In this document: positions 25,369-32,893 of the stretch, piece by piece
Layout: each line of letters opens with the position of its first letter
How positions within the stretch are numbered: position 1 is the first letter of the stretch
Assembly (NCBI GenBank): GCA_002771215.1
Contig: PCRM01000034.1
Location: 1-36,356, forward strand
Direction of reading: 5' to 3'
Source of the DNA: Candidatus Nealsonbacteria bacterium CG23_combo_of_CG06-09_8_20_14_all_40_13
GTDB taxonomy: Bacteria; Patescibacteriota; UBA1384; UBA12157_A; GCA-002773005
Length of the DNA: 36,356 nucleotides
Translations under genes and position numbers: made by a program
Notes under the pieces: generated by a model
The model's database searches: none
What the model was told of the DNA's origin: nothing
What the model saw: the letters and a program-made list of their open reading frames with translations, nothing else

Positions 25369-26436
25369 TTGGCAGTACCAGTATCTGTTGTGAAGCTCGT
25401 AACACACGAAAATCCACATCTGGATGAAATCGTGGCCTTCCTTCTCTTACGTCTGTTCGGGGAGAAAATGTTCCCGGGCGTCGCGCAGGCTCCAGTCGAG
25501 TTTTGTAGGACTGGAGGCGAATGCCCAAATGGCAAAACTGCGGATGAATACGAAAAAGAGGGAGTTCTGTTTATTGGCACAGGCCGCGGCCGATTCGACG
25601 AGCATGGCAAGAAGCGAGTAGGCGAAGCTCTGTGTGCTGCAACACTGGTTGCAGAGAAACTGGACATTAGAGAAAATCCTGCCTTACGCCTTTTGCTCAA
25701 AGAAACCCTCGACAACGACGCGTACGCCTCTGCCGGTCTTACCGATCTTGCATCGGTAATAAAAGCGATGTACCTCCAAGGGATAAATCCCTTAGAGGTT
25801 ATAAACTGGGCGACAAGAGGTATTGAAGCTCTATATGCCCAGCAACTGCGCTACCAAGAGGCAGTTGCAGAACTTATTGAGGCAATCGTAGACGAAGTCG
25901 AGGCTGGTGGTAAGATCTACAAAGTTGTCAGTATTGTTTCTGACAACCCTGAGATCCAAAGGGCAGCCAGATCTAAGGATTTAAATTCTGCGGTTGTCAT
26001 CCAACAAAAAAAGACTGGCCACATCCAAATTTTTACCAATCAAGGCCAGATCCCGAATATCAGAGACATTGTCAGAATAGTCCGGATTGCAGAGTCGCAA
26101 GCAAAAGGACGGATGACGCGCCTTCCTTGGAAAGAGCTAGAAGTTACGGAAAGAATTTCCGAGATTCCCGAATGGTACTACATGGTACCAGGGGAAAACC
26201 TACTCAATGGTAGCTTGACAGCGACGGACGTCCCACCCACGAACCTGAGCTTTAATCGGGTAAGAGAGTTGGTCAAATTGGCTCTTTCTCACCAATTCGA
26301 CCCAGACCACGTTGAACAATGTTTATTGGGCAATTGCACACACAAAGACAAACCCTGTGTACTCTTTCTCTGGGGCTTCAGTTGGTGCAGAAAGATCCGC
26401 TACCAACAAGCACAACAACCTTCAGAGGAGACCTAA
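25369..26436 (+). CDS. MYG1/DHH-like phosphoesterase with a Cys-rich C-terminus (probable start TTG 25369)
   Basis: VTHENPHLDE, GRGRFDEH and CAATLV resemble the MYG1 TH..H.DE and GG.FDHH motifs; GGGGG RBS before 25369. Confidence 0.6.
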   Translation: MAVPVSVVKLVTHENPHLDEIVAFLLLRLFGEKMFPGVAQAPVEFCRTGGECPNGKTADEYEKEGVLFIGTGRGRFDEHGKKRVGEALCAATLVAEKLDIRENPALRLLLKETLDNDAYASAGLTDLASVIKAMYLQGINPLEVINWATRGIEALYAQQLRYQEAVAELIEAIVDEVEAGGKIYKVVSIVSDNPEIQRAARSKDLNSAVVIQQKKTGHIQIFTNQGQIPNIRDIVRIVRIAESQAKGRMTRLPWKELEVTERISEIPEWYYMVPGENLLNGSLTATDVPPTNLSFNRVRELVKLALSHQFDPDHVEQCLLGNCTHKDKPCVLFLWGFSWCRKIRYQQAQQPSEET

Positions 26437-26445
26437 CTTAACACT

Positions 26446-26482
26446 GAGTCATTCCGTCGCCTGACGGGGTGGCTCTTTTTTT
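26446..26482 (+). terminator. Intrinsic terminator
   Basis: GAGTCATTCCGTC/GACGGGGTGGCTC stem plus T7. Confidence 0.8.
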
Positions 26483-26507
26483 ATCTAGAAATCTAATTTT
26501 TTCCGGT

Positions 26508-26789
26508 TTAGCTCGCAAGTTCGTCGACTTCTTTTTTGCCGGCGGCCAGTTCCTTAATCTGCTCCATATCGCTCTTTAGAAGCATTGCTTCAAATTCACC
26601 CACATGAGTTTTTTCTTCTTTGGCAATATCTGAAAGCAATTTTTTGATATTGCCATTGTCTGTCATCGCCGCCATCTGTTCGTATTGGTTAACCGCGTCC
26701 AGCTCAGCAATCATCCCCGCCCGCAAAATCTCGTTATCAACGTCGTCTTTTTTCACTTTTGATAAATCAATGGGGGTTTGTGACGCCAT
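26508..26789 (-). CDS. Small ferritin-like protein (encapsulated-ferritin/rubrerythrin type)
   Basis: AELDAVNQYEQ and IAKEEKTHVGEF di-iron motifs; AGGAGG RBS. Confidence 0.85.
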   Translation of the reverse strand: MASQTPIDLSKVKKDDVDNEILRAGMIAELDAVNQYEQMAAMTDNGNIKKLLSDIAKEEKTHVGEFEAMLLKSDMEQIKELAAGKKEVDELAS

Positions 26790-26810
26790 ATCGACCTCCT
26801 AAAATAATTA

Positions 26811-26915
26811 TAAACTACTCTGCGGCTTGCCGCAGAGTATCCTACGAAAAGTTTTTTTCCAAATAGGCCTTCGTCCCTGTGGCAAGCCACAGGGTATTCG
26901 GCCTCTTGAAAATAA
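26811..26915. mobile_element. PATE-like two-palindrome element, copy 2
   Basis: TACTCTGCGGC TT GCCGCAGAGTA and CCCTGTGGC AA GCCACAGGG; compensatory changes relative to the copy at 17924. Confidence 0.7.
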
Positions 26916-27021
26916 ATGATAAATGATGAATTATAAATGTGAAATCTCAAAAAATCCTATTTCTGAATTTTTACTAATGACTGAAGATCAATGACTAATG
27001 ACTATCCACCAGCTGGCGGAT

Positions 27022-27108
27022 TGGTGCCGGGAAGAGGACTCGAACCTCCACGCCCTTTCGGGCACGTGCACCTCAAGCACGTCTGTATACCAATTCCAGC
27101 ACCCCGGC
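27022..27108 (-). tRNA. tRNA-Leu(GAG)
   Basis: CGTGC-TT GAG GT-GCACG anticodon arm, GCCC GAAA GGGC variable arm, CCA. Confidence 0.97.
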
Positions 27109-27296
27109 GCGTATACTCCACCTTCATTAAAATTACGGCGGATTTTGTATTTACTTAAGGAATTTAATACTCAACAATTCCGCCACCTGCCCACAACACC
27201 TAAGCAAATTCCTCCTGCTTGCGATGGCAGGCGGGCCTGCCCGCTATCAAAATTATACCTTAAAATAGAACTTTTATCAACTTTAATTTCAGAGAA

Positions 27297-27390
27297 AGCG
27301 AGCCGCTAGACAATAAAATTTATTTGCAAACGCCACAGGAAGGCCTTGACCGCTCCTGTAGAGCGAGAAATTTTTTGGCGCGGCGAGCGA
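27297..27390. repeat. Dispersed structured element, copy 2
   Basis: AGCGAGCCGCTAG...ACAGGA...CGCTCCTGTA...GGCGCGGCGAGCGA. Confidence 0.75.
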
Positions 27391-27430
27391 ATATTTTAAC
27401 TTTTGCGTTTTGCGTTTTTAGTTTTAACTT

Positions 27431-28267
27431 TTATTTCCCCCACTCCTTCACCGCCTCCGCATAAATTTCCGGCGTACCGACATCATACCAACGTCCTTCA
27501 AAAAGATAGCCGTAAAGTTGGCCGCTTTTGGCCAATTTTGGCAATAGATCATTTTCCAACATCGAAAAACCCTTTTTCGGCACCATCTCAATTACTTTAG
27601 GTGAGAGTATTTGAATGCCGGAAAAAACCACGTGAGAAAGAGTATGAGCTTTATGCGGTTTTTCGGTAAAATCAACCACTTTGTCGCCGTGCAGACACAC
27701 CACGCCATACTCTGATGGTTTAGCCACTGAGGTCAAGGCGATTGAGGTTAAACCGCCGTGCGCGCTGTGAAAATCAATAAAATCTGTCAAGTTAATATCG
27801 GCCAAAACATCACCATAAAGCAGCAAAAATGGCTCGTTGCCCAATAAATTTTTAGCCAGTCGCAACGGCGCGGCCGTGCCTTCCTCTTTCAGCTCTTCAA
27901 TATAAACAATGGAAATGCCAAATTTTGCCCCATCGCCAAAATGATTTTTTATTTTGTCGCCCAGCGCACCGACTAAAATGATTATCTCTCGGATATTGTG
28001 TTCGCGCAGTTTATCAATAATATGCTCTAAAATCGGTTTACCTTTGACCGGCAGCATTGTTTTGGGCATTTCATAGGTGAACGGACGCATTTTTACGCCG
28101 GCGCCGCCGGCTAAAATAAAGGCCTTTTTGATTTTCGGCGCTAAAGTTTTTGACAGTAAATATTCAATCGCGTGAGAACGGTTGCGAATTCTATCGCCGT
28201 CAATAGTTTGATCCAACGCACGGATTACATCTTTTTTTAACGTAATTGTTAGTCGTTGTCTGGTCAT
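27431..28267 (-). CDS. Sugar-phosphate nucleotidyltransferase with an N-terminal ribbon-helix-helix domain
   Basis: RQRLTITL..D....NRSHAIE (RHH), then ILAGGAG..MRP.T...PK, YGD, EKP and WYDVGTPE. Confidence 0.88.
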   Translation of the reverse strand: MTRQRLTITLKKDVIRALDQTIDGDRIRNRSHAIEYLLSKTLAPKIKKAFILAGGAGVKMRPFTYEMPKTMLPVKGKPILEHIIDKLREHNIREIIILVGALGDKIKNHFGDGAKFGISIVYIEELKEEGTAAPLRLAKNLLGNEPFLLLYGDVLADINLTDFIDFHSAHGGLTSIALTSVAKPSEYGVVCLHGDKVVDFTEKPHKAHTLSHVVFSGIQILSPKVIEMVPKKGFSMLENDLLPKLAKSGQLYGYLFEGRWYDVGTPEIYAEAVKEWGK

Positions 28268-28292
28268 AATTACCTTTTAATCTGTCAAACAG

Positions 28293-28335
28293 AGTATAAG
28301 TCCAAATTAACAGGTTGTCAAGCTCAGCTTGACAA
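28293..28335 (-). promoter_or_regulatory. Promoter overlapped by a perfect 21-bp palindrome
   Basis: TTGACA-17-TATACT (minus); TTGTCAAGCT-c-AGCTTGACAA at 28315-28335. Confidence 0.7.
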
Positions 28336-28473
28336 TTATCCCGCTTAGCGTGATGTCAATATTTTTACAATTATCTTGACAGATTTATCTTTATATGTTA
28401 TTATAAATTTCGTCAATAAAGAATTTCTTTATTGAAATTACCCGCTCATTCACAATTTAATAGGAGGATAAAA

Positions 28474-28722
28474 ATGTTTACCGTACAACATCTTCGGCGA
28501 ATAAGCGCCGCCGCCCAAAGATGTTCTGGTGGCGCCGCAAGAGTTGAAGTTTGTCGGCTACCGGTCAGAGATGACCAATGTGAGTTTTGCGAAGGACCAT
28601 TGGCCAAAATTACACTTTTTTATCTTTCTTCAGACGAACATCAACATCATTATGATGATGTTGATGAAAGAATCACTTGCGCCGACACTAGCTGCCTCGC
28701 CTTTATGAATGACAATGTCTAA
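28474..28722 (+). CDS. Small Cys/His-rich hypothetical protein (82 aa)
   Basis: AGGAGG RBS, promoter TTGACA-17-TATTAT at 28376, terminator at 28734-28762; CEFC and CADTSC. Confidence 0.65.
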   Translation: MFTVQHLRRISAAAQRCSGGAARVEVCRLPVRDDQCEFCEGPLAKITLFYLSSDEHQHHYDDVDERITCADTSCLAFMNDNV

Positions 28723-28733
28723 CTCTCCCCCTC

Positions 28734-28762
28734 GCCGCCCAAATAACTTGGGCGGTTTTTTT
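28734..28762 (+). terminator. Intrinsic terminator
   Basis: CCGCCCAA/TTGGGCGG stem plus T7. Confidence 0.8.
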
Positions 28763-28814
28763 AAATAAAAAAGAGCAGTTTTATGACATGCTCGGGTCGA
28801 AGGATGAAACACTT

Positions 28815-29126
28815 TTAGTCCTCTACTATTTCGCAAACCCCCTGTGCAAACAATAACCAATCACTATCAGCAATAATTCGGTTTCTCTTCCACCAATCGG
28901 CGGCTTCCGGGCTGTTTTTGCCTAAGATACCGATTGCCTCTTCTTTTTTTATCCTATAAACTTCAATGTCGAGGTTTGCACGCTTACCACTCACCACTTC
29001 GATTACGGTGCAAAATGTGGTAATAGGAGTCTCATCTACAGGAAGAACTAATCCCACCCATTCTTCTCGCACCCATTCTGGCGCTTCCCCTGGCGGAACA
29101 GCAACAATCTTGATCTTCATTGCCAT
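28815..29126 (-). CDS. Hypothetical protein (PPGEAPEWVREEWVGL motif)
   Basis: AAGGAG RBS; third gene of the Gam operon. Confidence 0.75.
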   Translation of the reverse strand: MAMKIKIVAVPPGEAPEWVREEWVGLVLPVDETPITTFCTVIEVVSGKRANLDIEVYRIKKEEAIGILGKNSPEAADWWKRNRIIADSDWLLFAQGVCEIVED

Positions 29127-29154
29127 CTTGTCTCCTTTCAGCTTGTAAAATCAA

Positions 29155-29712
29155 TTATTCGCCGCTTGGCGTTTTTTTCAGTTTGTCGGTGTTCTTGGAG
29201 ATAGTGACGCGAAGATCGGCGGGCCGAACTTCAAAGAATTCATCCTGCTTGATCTTGAAACCAGCTACCCCTATTGCCACCTCTTGCTCTCTCAGGATTG
29301 CTTGTTTGTCAACTTCTTCCTTGGTCCTGACAAAACGCTCCAATCCCATCTGTTTCAAGGCGGCAATCACTAATTTTTCAGCCTTGGTGAGTACCACCGA
29401 GGCCGGTTTTAGCCGCCACCGAAACCAGCCGGTCGGCAACTCAACAGTTTTTTTCTTTCCTCTGTCGGTCAGCTCATCACGGTGACTTGCGGCGAAAGCA
29501 TAAAGTACTTCAACCAGTCGCGAAAGCTCCTGTTCGTGCGGTAATGACTGACCTGTCGCTTGCGCCTTTAGCTGTTCAACTTGGTTATTAAAAACAAGTT
29601 GAATTTCATCAATTTCCCTTTTCTTCTCGCCAATTTGCCGCACAACTTTGGTAGCCTGCTCAAGTGTCTGCGGTATCTCGATAACTTCCCGCTTAAATGT
29701 CGGTTTCTGCAC
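29155..29712 (-). CDS. Mu Gam-like host-nuclease inhibitor (DNA end-binding)
   Basis: Coiled-coil N-half, KKTVELPTG.FRWR, FVRTKEEVDKQAI and GFKIKQDEFFEV motifs; AGGAG RBS. Confidence 0.85.
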   Translation of the reverse strand: MQKPTFKREVIEIPQTLEQATKVVRQIGEKKREIDEIQLVFNNQVEQLKAQATGQSLPHEQELSRLVEVLYAFAASHRDELTDRGKKKTVELPTGWFRWRLKPASVVLTKAEKLVIAALKQMGLERFVRTKEEVDKQAILREQEVAIGVAGFKIKQDEFFEVRPADLRVTISKNTDKLKKTPSGE

Positions 29713-29920
29713 TTTTACTCATCTCCTCTAAGTTATTCGGAGACGCAGAAGTTCTGCTCTCCACATGAAACATTGGGCTCTGATAACCACATCCTTCCTT
29801 ACGGCAGTTCATGACAAAGAGATTGGAAGTACTTGACACTCCCTTATATTCCATCATCAAACCGCATTGTGGGCACTTCATCTCAGGAACCCGCCCCTCC
29901 GGAAAGTTGATTTTGCTCAT
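29693..29920 (-). CDS. Small zinc-ribbon protein (75 aa; start ATG 29920)
   Basis: CPQCG...CRKEGC; AAGGAG RBS; promoter TTGACT-17-TATGAT at 30000-29972. Confidence 0.65.
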   Translation of the reverse strand: MSKINFPEGRVPEMKCPQCGLMMEYKGVSSTSNLFVMNCRKEGCGYQSPMFHVESRTSASPNNLEEMSKSAETDI

Positions 29921-30031
29921 CTTCGCTAGTCTCCTTTTCAAGGTGCTTTTTGCCAATTCTGTGGCATTTGTATCATAGATGAAGTTTATGAAAGAGTCAA
30001 GAAAAAAGAGCATTATGTTGCGTTTGAAGTT

Positions 30032-30118
30032 TGGTGCCGAAGGTGGGAGTCGAACCCACAAGCCCTTATGGGCATCAGCTCCTGGGGCTGACGTGTTTAC
30101 CAATTTCACCACTCCGGC
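30032..30118 (-). tRNA. tRNA-Leu(CAG) with C33
   Basis: TCAGC-CC CAG GA-GCTGA anticodon arm, long variable arm, GGTTCGACTCC, CCA. Confidence 0.93.
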
Positions 30119-30120
30119 AA

Positions 30121-30471
30121 ATTACTTTTTCACCTTCTTTTCTTTAATATAACAAATATCTTTTATAATATTTCGACAAAAAGTTAGCGAGGCGCTAGCC
30201 AAAATTCTAATTTAAGTGAGGTTTTTGGCTAAGAAAAGTGTCTCGGAGCATGTTAAAAAGCGAGCCTGCAGCCGAAGCAAACCGTGTCGCAGACTAGCCC
30301 AGGATTATCTTTTAGGATGGAGAATAGCTTTTAATGGCTAGCCGAGACACGAGCAACACCCGACGAAAACCAATTTTTTTCATACATTACGGCGATTGCG
30401 TGTTTGCGTGGCGCAGGCGAGCGTTAAAGATGGAAAAATTATTACTTTTTCACTCTCTTTTCTTTAATATA
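30121..30471. mobile_element. Insertion containing structured element copy 3 (30258-30423), flanked by a 31-bp direct repeat of the host gene 3' end
   Basis: 30121-30151 and 30441-30471 match at 29 of 31 positions (YIKEKKVKK* versus YIKEKRVKK*). Confidence 0.7.
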
Positions 30472-31866
30472 CCACTGCCAGATATTTAAGTACCGCCCGG
30501 CGGCAGACATTCTGGGACCCTCAATAATGCCCTTAACTTTTGCGGAAACAGTCCAATTGTAAGTTTCTTTATTTAAAACTATTGTCGGGGCTTCCTGATC
30601 TAAAATCTTTTGCACCTTGGCGTAGTCGGCAGCTCTAACATTTTCATCCAGTGTAGTTCTGGCTTCTTCAAGCATTTTATCAACAACCGGCATTGAAAAA
30701 GAGGATAAATTCATTCCCTGCTCGGAAATCTGCGAAGAGTGGTAAAGCGGATATAAATCCGGGTCAGAACCCAAATTAACTTCGTAAAGCAAAATGTCAA
30801 AATTTCTGGTGGGGATATCAACCTTTTGCAAAATTAAATTGTCTTTACTGATAATATTTAATTTAATCCGTAATTTAGCCAAGTCCTCTTTTGATTTTTC
30901 TGCCTGCGCCACATTGGCATCTTTATCGTTAGTTAAAAGTGTTAATTCAATATCTTTGTCCAATGGCGTATTTTGGGCAATGGCTTGGCGGATTGTCCGG
31001 TCCTGCAGAATCTCTCTTTTTAAGTTGAAAAAAAGCATTTGAGAGTAGGGAAGAGGAAATTGATAAGTTTTATAATTTCTTTTGCTATCTACATCAGCCG
31101 CGGTTGTCAGCCGGCCCAGCTTAAAATCGATATTTAAATCGGCGTCAGTGGGATAAAATTTGAGGGTAACTTTGTTAAGGTAGGGCTTACCCTGATAGAA
31201 ATTATCGTTGCGCTTCAAAGTTATTTCTGTCTTGGTTGATTTTTCAATTTGAAAGGGTCCGTAGGGCAAAATCAGCTGCGTGGTATAGGACAAAAACGGT
31301 GCGTAAGGTTGCGCAAGGGTTAATTGGATATTTTGGCCGTCTATTTTGGTTTCCACCCCTTGCCACTTGGCCTTGTCAATGGCATTTTTGATTTCTTCCA
31401 GATTGAAGCCCTGACGAATTTTGAAGGTATAAACTTTGCCATCCGGCGAAATTTGCCAGCTTTCAGCAATAGCGGGAATGATTTTGCCATCGGTTGAGTA
31501 AGCGGTCAAGCCGCAGTTGGTTAAATTTTTGGCCTCCTCCATCGCCAAAGTCGGATTTTTAATGACAATTCCTTCTATAAAAGTGCCGCCGGCTACTGGC
31601 ACATATTGTTTGGGAATTTTGTAAAAATCCCAAATCAACTTTCCGTTGGCCGCCAATATTACTAATAATAAAATAGCGATAATATATTTTTCCAAAACGC
31701 AAAACGCCTGCCAAGCGAATTTAAATTTCCGCAACGGCGTCCAATTTCCCAAACTGCGAAGGACAAATTTGAAGGGTTTGATGAGATAGGAGAATAACTT
31801 TTTGATGATTTGAAAAACGTTGCTTAAGGTTAACTTAAGTTTTAAAATGAGTCCTCCTAAACCCAA
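30442..31866 (-). CDS. ABC transporter substrate-binding protein, family 5 (peptide/nickel); start uncertain
   Basis: GGTFIEG, AESWQISPDGKVYTFKIR, GPF, DPDLYPLYHSSQ and N.S motifs. Confidence 0.88.
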   Translation of the reverse strand: MGLGGLILKLKLTLSNVFQIIKKLFSYLIKPFKFVLRSLGNWTPLRKFKFAWQAFCVLEKYIIAILLLVILAANGKLIWDFYKIPKQYVPVAGGTFIEGIVIKNPTLAMEEAKNLTNCGLTAYSTDGKIIPAIAESWQISPDGKVYTFKIRQGFNLEEIKNAIDKAKWQGVETKIDGQNIQLTLAQPYAPFLSYTTQLILPYGPFQIEKSTKTEITLKRNDNFYQGKPYLNKVTLKFYPTDADLNIDFKLGRLTTAADVDSKRNYKTYQFPLPYSQMLFFNLKREILQDRTIRQAIAQNTPLDKDIELTLLTNDKDANVAQAEKSKEDLAKLRIKLNIISKDNLILQKVDIPTRNFDILLYEVNLGSDPDLYPLYHSSQISEQGMNLSSFSMPVVDKMLEEARTTLDENVRAADYAKVQKILDQEAPTIVLNKETYNWTVSAKVKGIIEGPRMSAAGRYLNIWQWYIKEKRVKK

Positions 31867-32090
31867 CCAAACTTATCTTTGAGCAAACTAAGCAGGGCAA
31901 GTATCACAAAACAAACGGCGAAAACTATGGTTGAGATAAATAGTATTCTTTCTGGGCCGCGGCGCGAGCGGAAAATAGCAGATTCGGCGCCGAAGGCGCC
32001 GCCTAATGTCGTGCCGCGTTGCTGAAGCAAAATGGATGCCATCAGCAAAAAGGAAATAATAATCTGCAAAACCAACAAAATTTTTCCCAT
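31857..32090 (-). CDS. secG: Preprotein translocase subunit SecG
   Basis: Two TMs with ILLQQRG.TLGGAFG and RRG.E motifs. Confidence 0.92.
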   Translation of the reverse strand: MGKILLVLQIIISFLLMASILLQQRGTTLGGAFGAESAIFRSRRGPERILFISTIVFAVCFVILALLSLLKDKFGWV

Positions 32091-32269
32091 ACACCAAGAT
32101 AATAACCTCTTGAAAATCGTTTGTCAAGGTTGTAAAATGTAAAAGGGATAGGCGGGCCTGCCCGACGGAATGAAATCTATTTGGCGAAGAGAAATAATCA
32201 TCTATTTTGAGCGAAACGAAAACAAAGATTCTCGAAGAGATTCTTATTTCGTCAAGAGATTGAATGCAG

Positions 32270-32343
32270 GCGGGTGTAGCACAATGGTAGTGCACTTGGT
32301 TGCCAATCAAGGTACGAGGGTTCGATTCCCTTCACCCGCTCCA
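32270..32343 (+). tRNA. tRNA-Gly(GCC)
   Basis: GCGGGTG acceptor, CTTGG-TT GCC AA-TCAAG, GGTTCGATTCC, TCCA. Confidence 0.96.
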
Positions 32344-32367
32344 CTTCAATACATTCAGTGTAAACGA

Positions 32368-32441
32368 GGCGACGTGACCGAGTGGTTAGGTAGAGGTCTG
32401 CAAAACCTCGTACGGCGGTTCGAGTCCGCCCGTCGCCTCCA
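32368..32441 (+). tRNA. tRNA-Cys(GCA)
   Basis: GGCGACG acceptor, GAGGT-CT GCA AA-ACCTC, U73 discriminator, CCA. Confidence 0.96.
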
Positions 32442-32550
32442 CCTCGCTCAAAAAGACAAGAAAGTGGAGATAGAGATAAGAGAAAATGAAAAGTGGTGAT
32501 AAGTAGCGACACATTGTGACAAGTCGTGTAAAAAATAATTAAGGAATAAA

Positions 32551-32883
32551 ATGTCCAAAAAAAAGAAGAAATTTAAAAGGGATGTCCGTTCTGAAGTTTT
32601 GAAACAAATTGCCCAAAGCCAGCCGTCCGCGCCGAAACAAGTCATCCAGCAGCCGGTAAAAACTGTTCAAAACAAACCGGCTACTTTTCCAGCGCCGGCT
32701 AAAGTTGAAATGCCAGCACCGCTCATCGGCGACCGCGCCTTAATTGCTAAAGACCTAAGAAAAACCGCCTACATTATGGGATTGATAATCGCAATTTTAA
32801 TTACCGCCAGTATTTTGTCATATAAAACCACCATTTTGCTTGAACTTTCGGCAAAAGTTTTCCACTGGCTTCATTTGGGATAA
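32551..32883 (+). CDS. Hypothetical basic protein with a C-terminal TM
   Basis: AAGGA RBS, Lys-rich N-terminus, KDLRKT followed by a TM helix. Confidence 0.7.
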   Translation: MSKKKKKFKRDVRSEVLKQIAQSQPSAPKQVIQQPVKTVQNKPATFPAPAKVEMPAPLIGDRALIAKDLRKTAYIMGLIIAILITASILSYKTTILLELSAKVFHWLHLG

Positions 32884-32893
32884 TTTAAGAGCT

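Noticed and set aside
29921-30112. N-terminal extension of the 139-aa ORF 29693..30112
   Set aside because: Overlaps tRNA-Leu(CAG) and a promoter; the RBS supports a start at 29920
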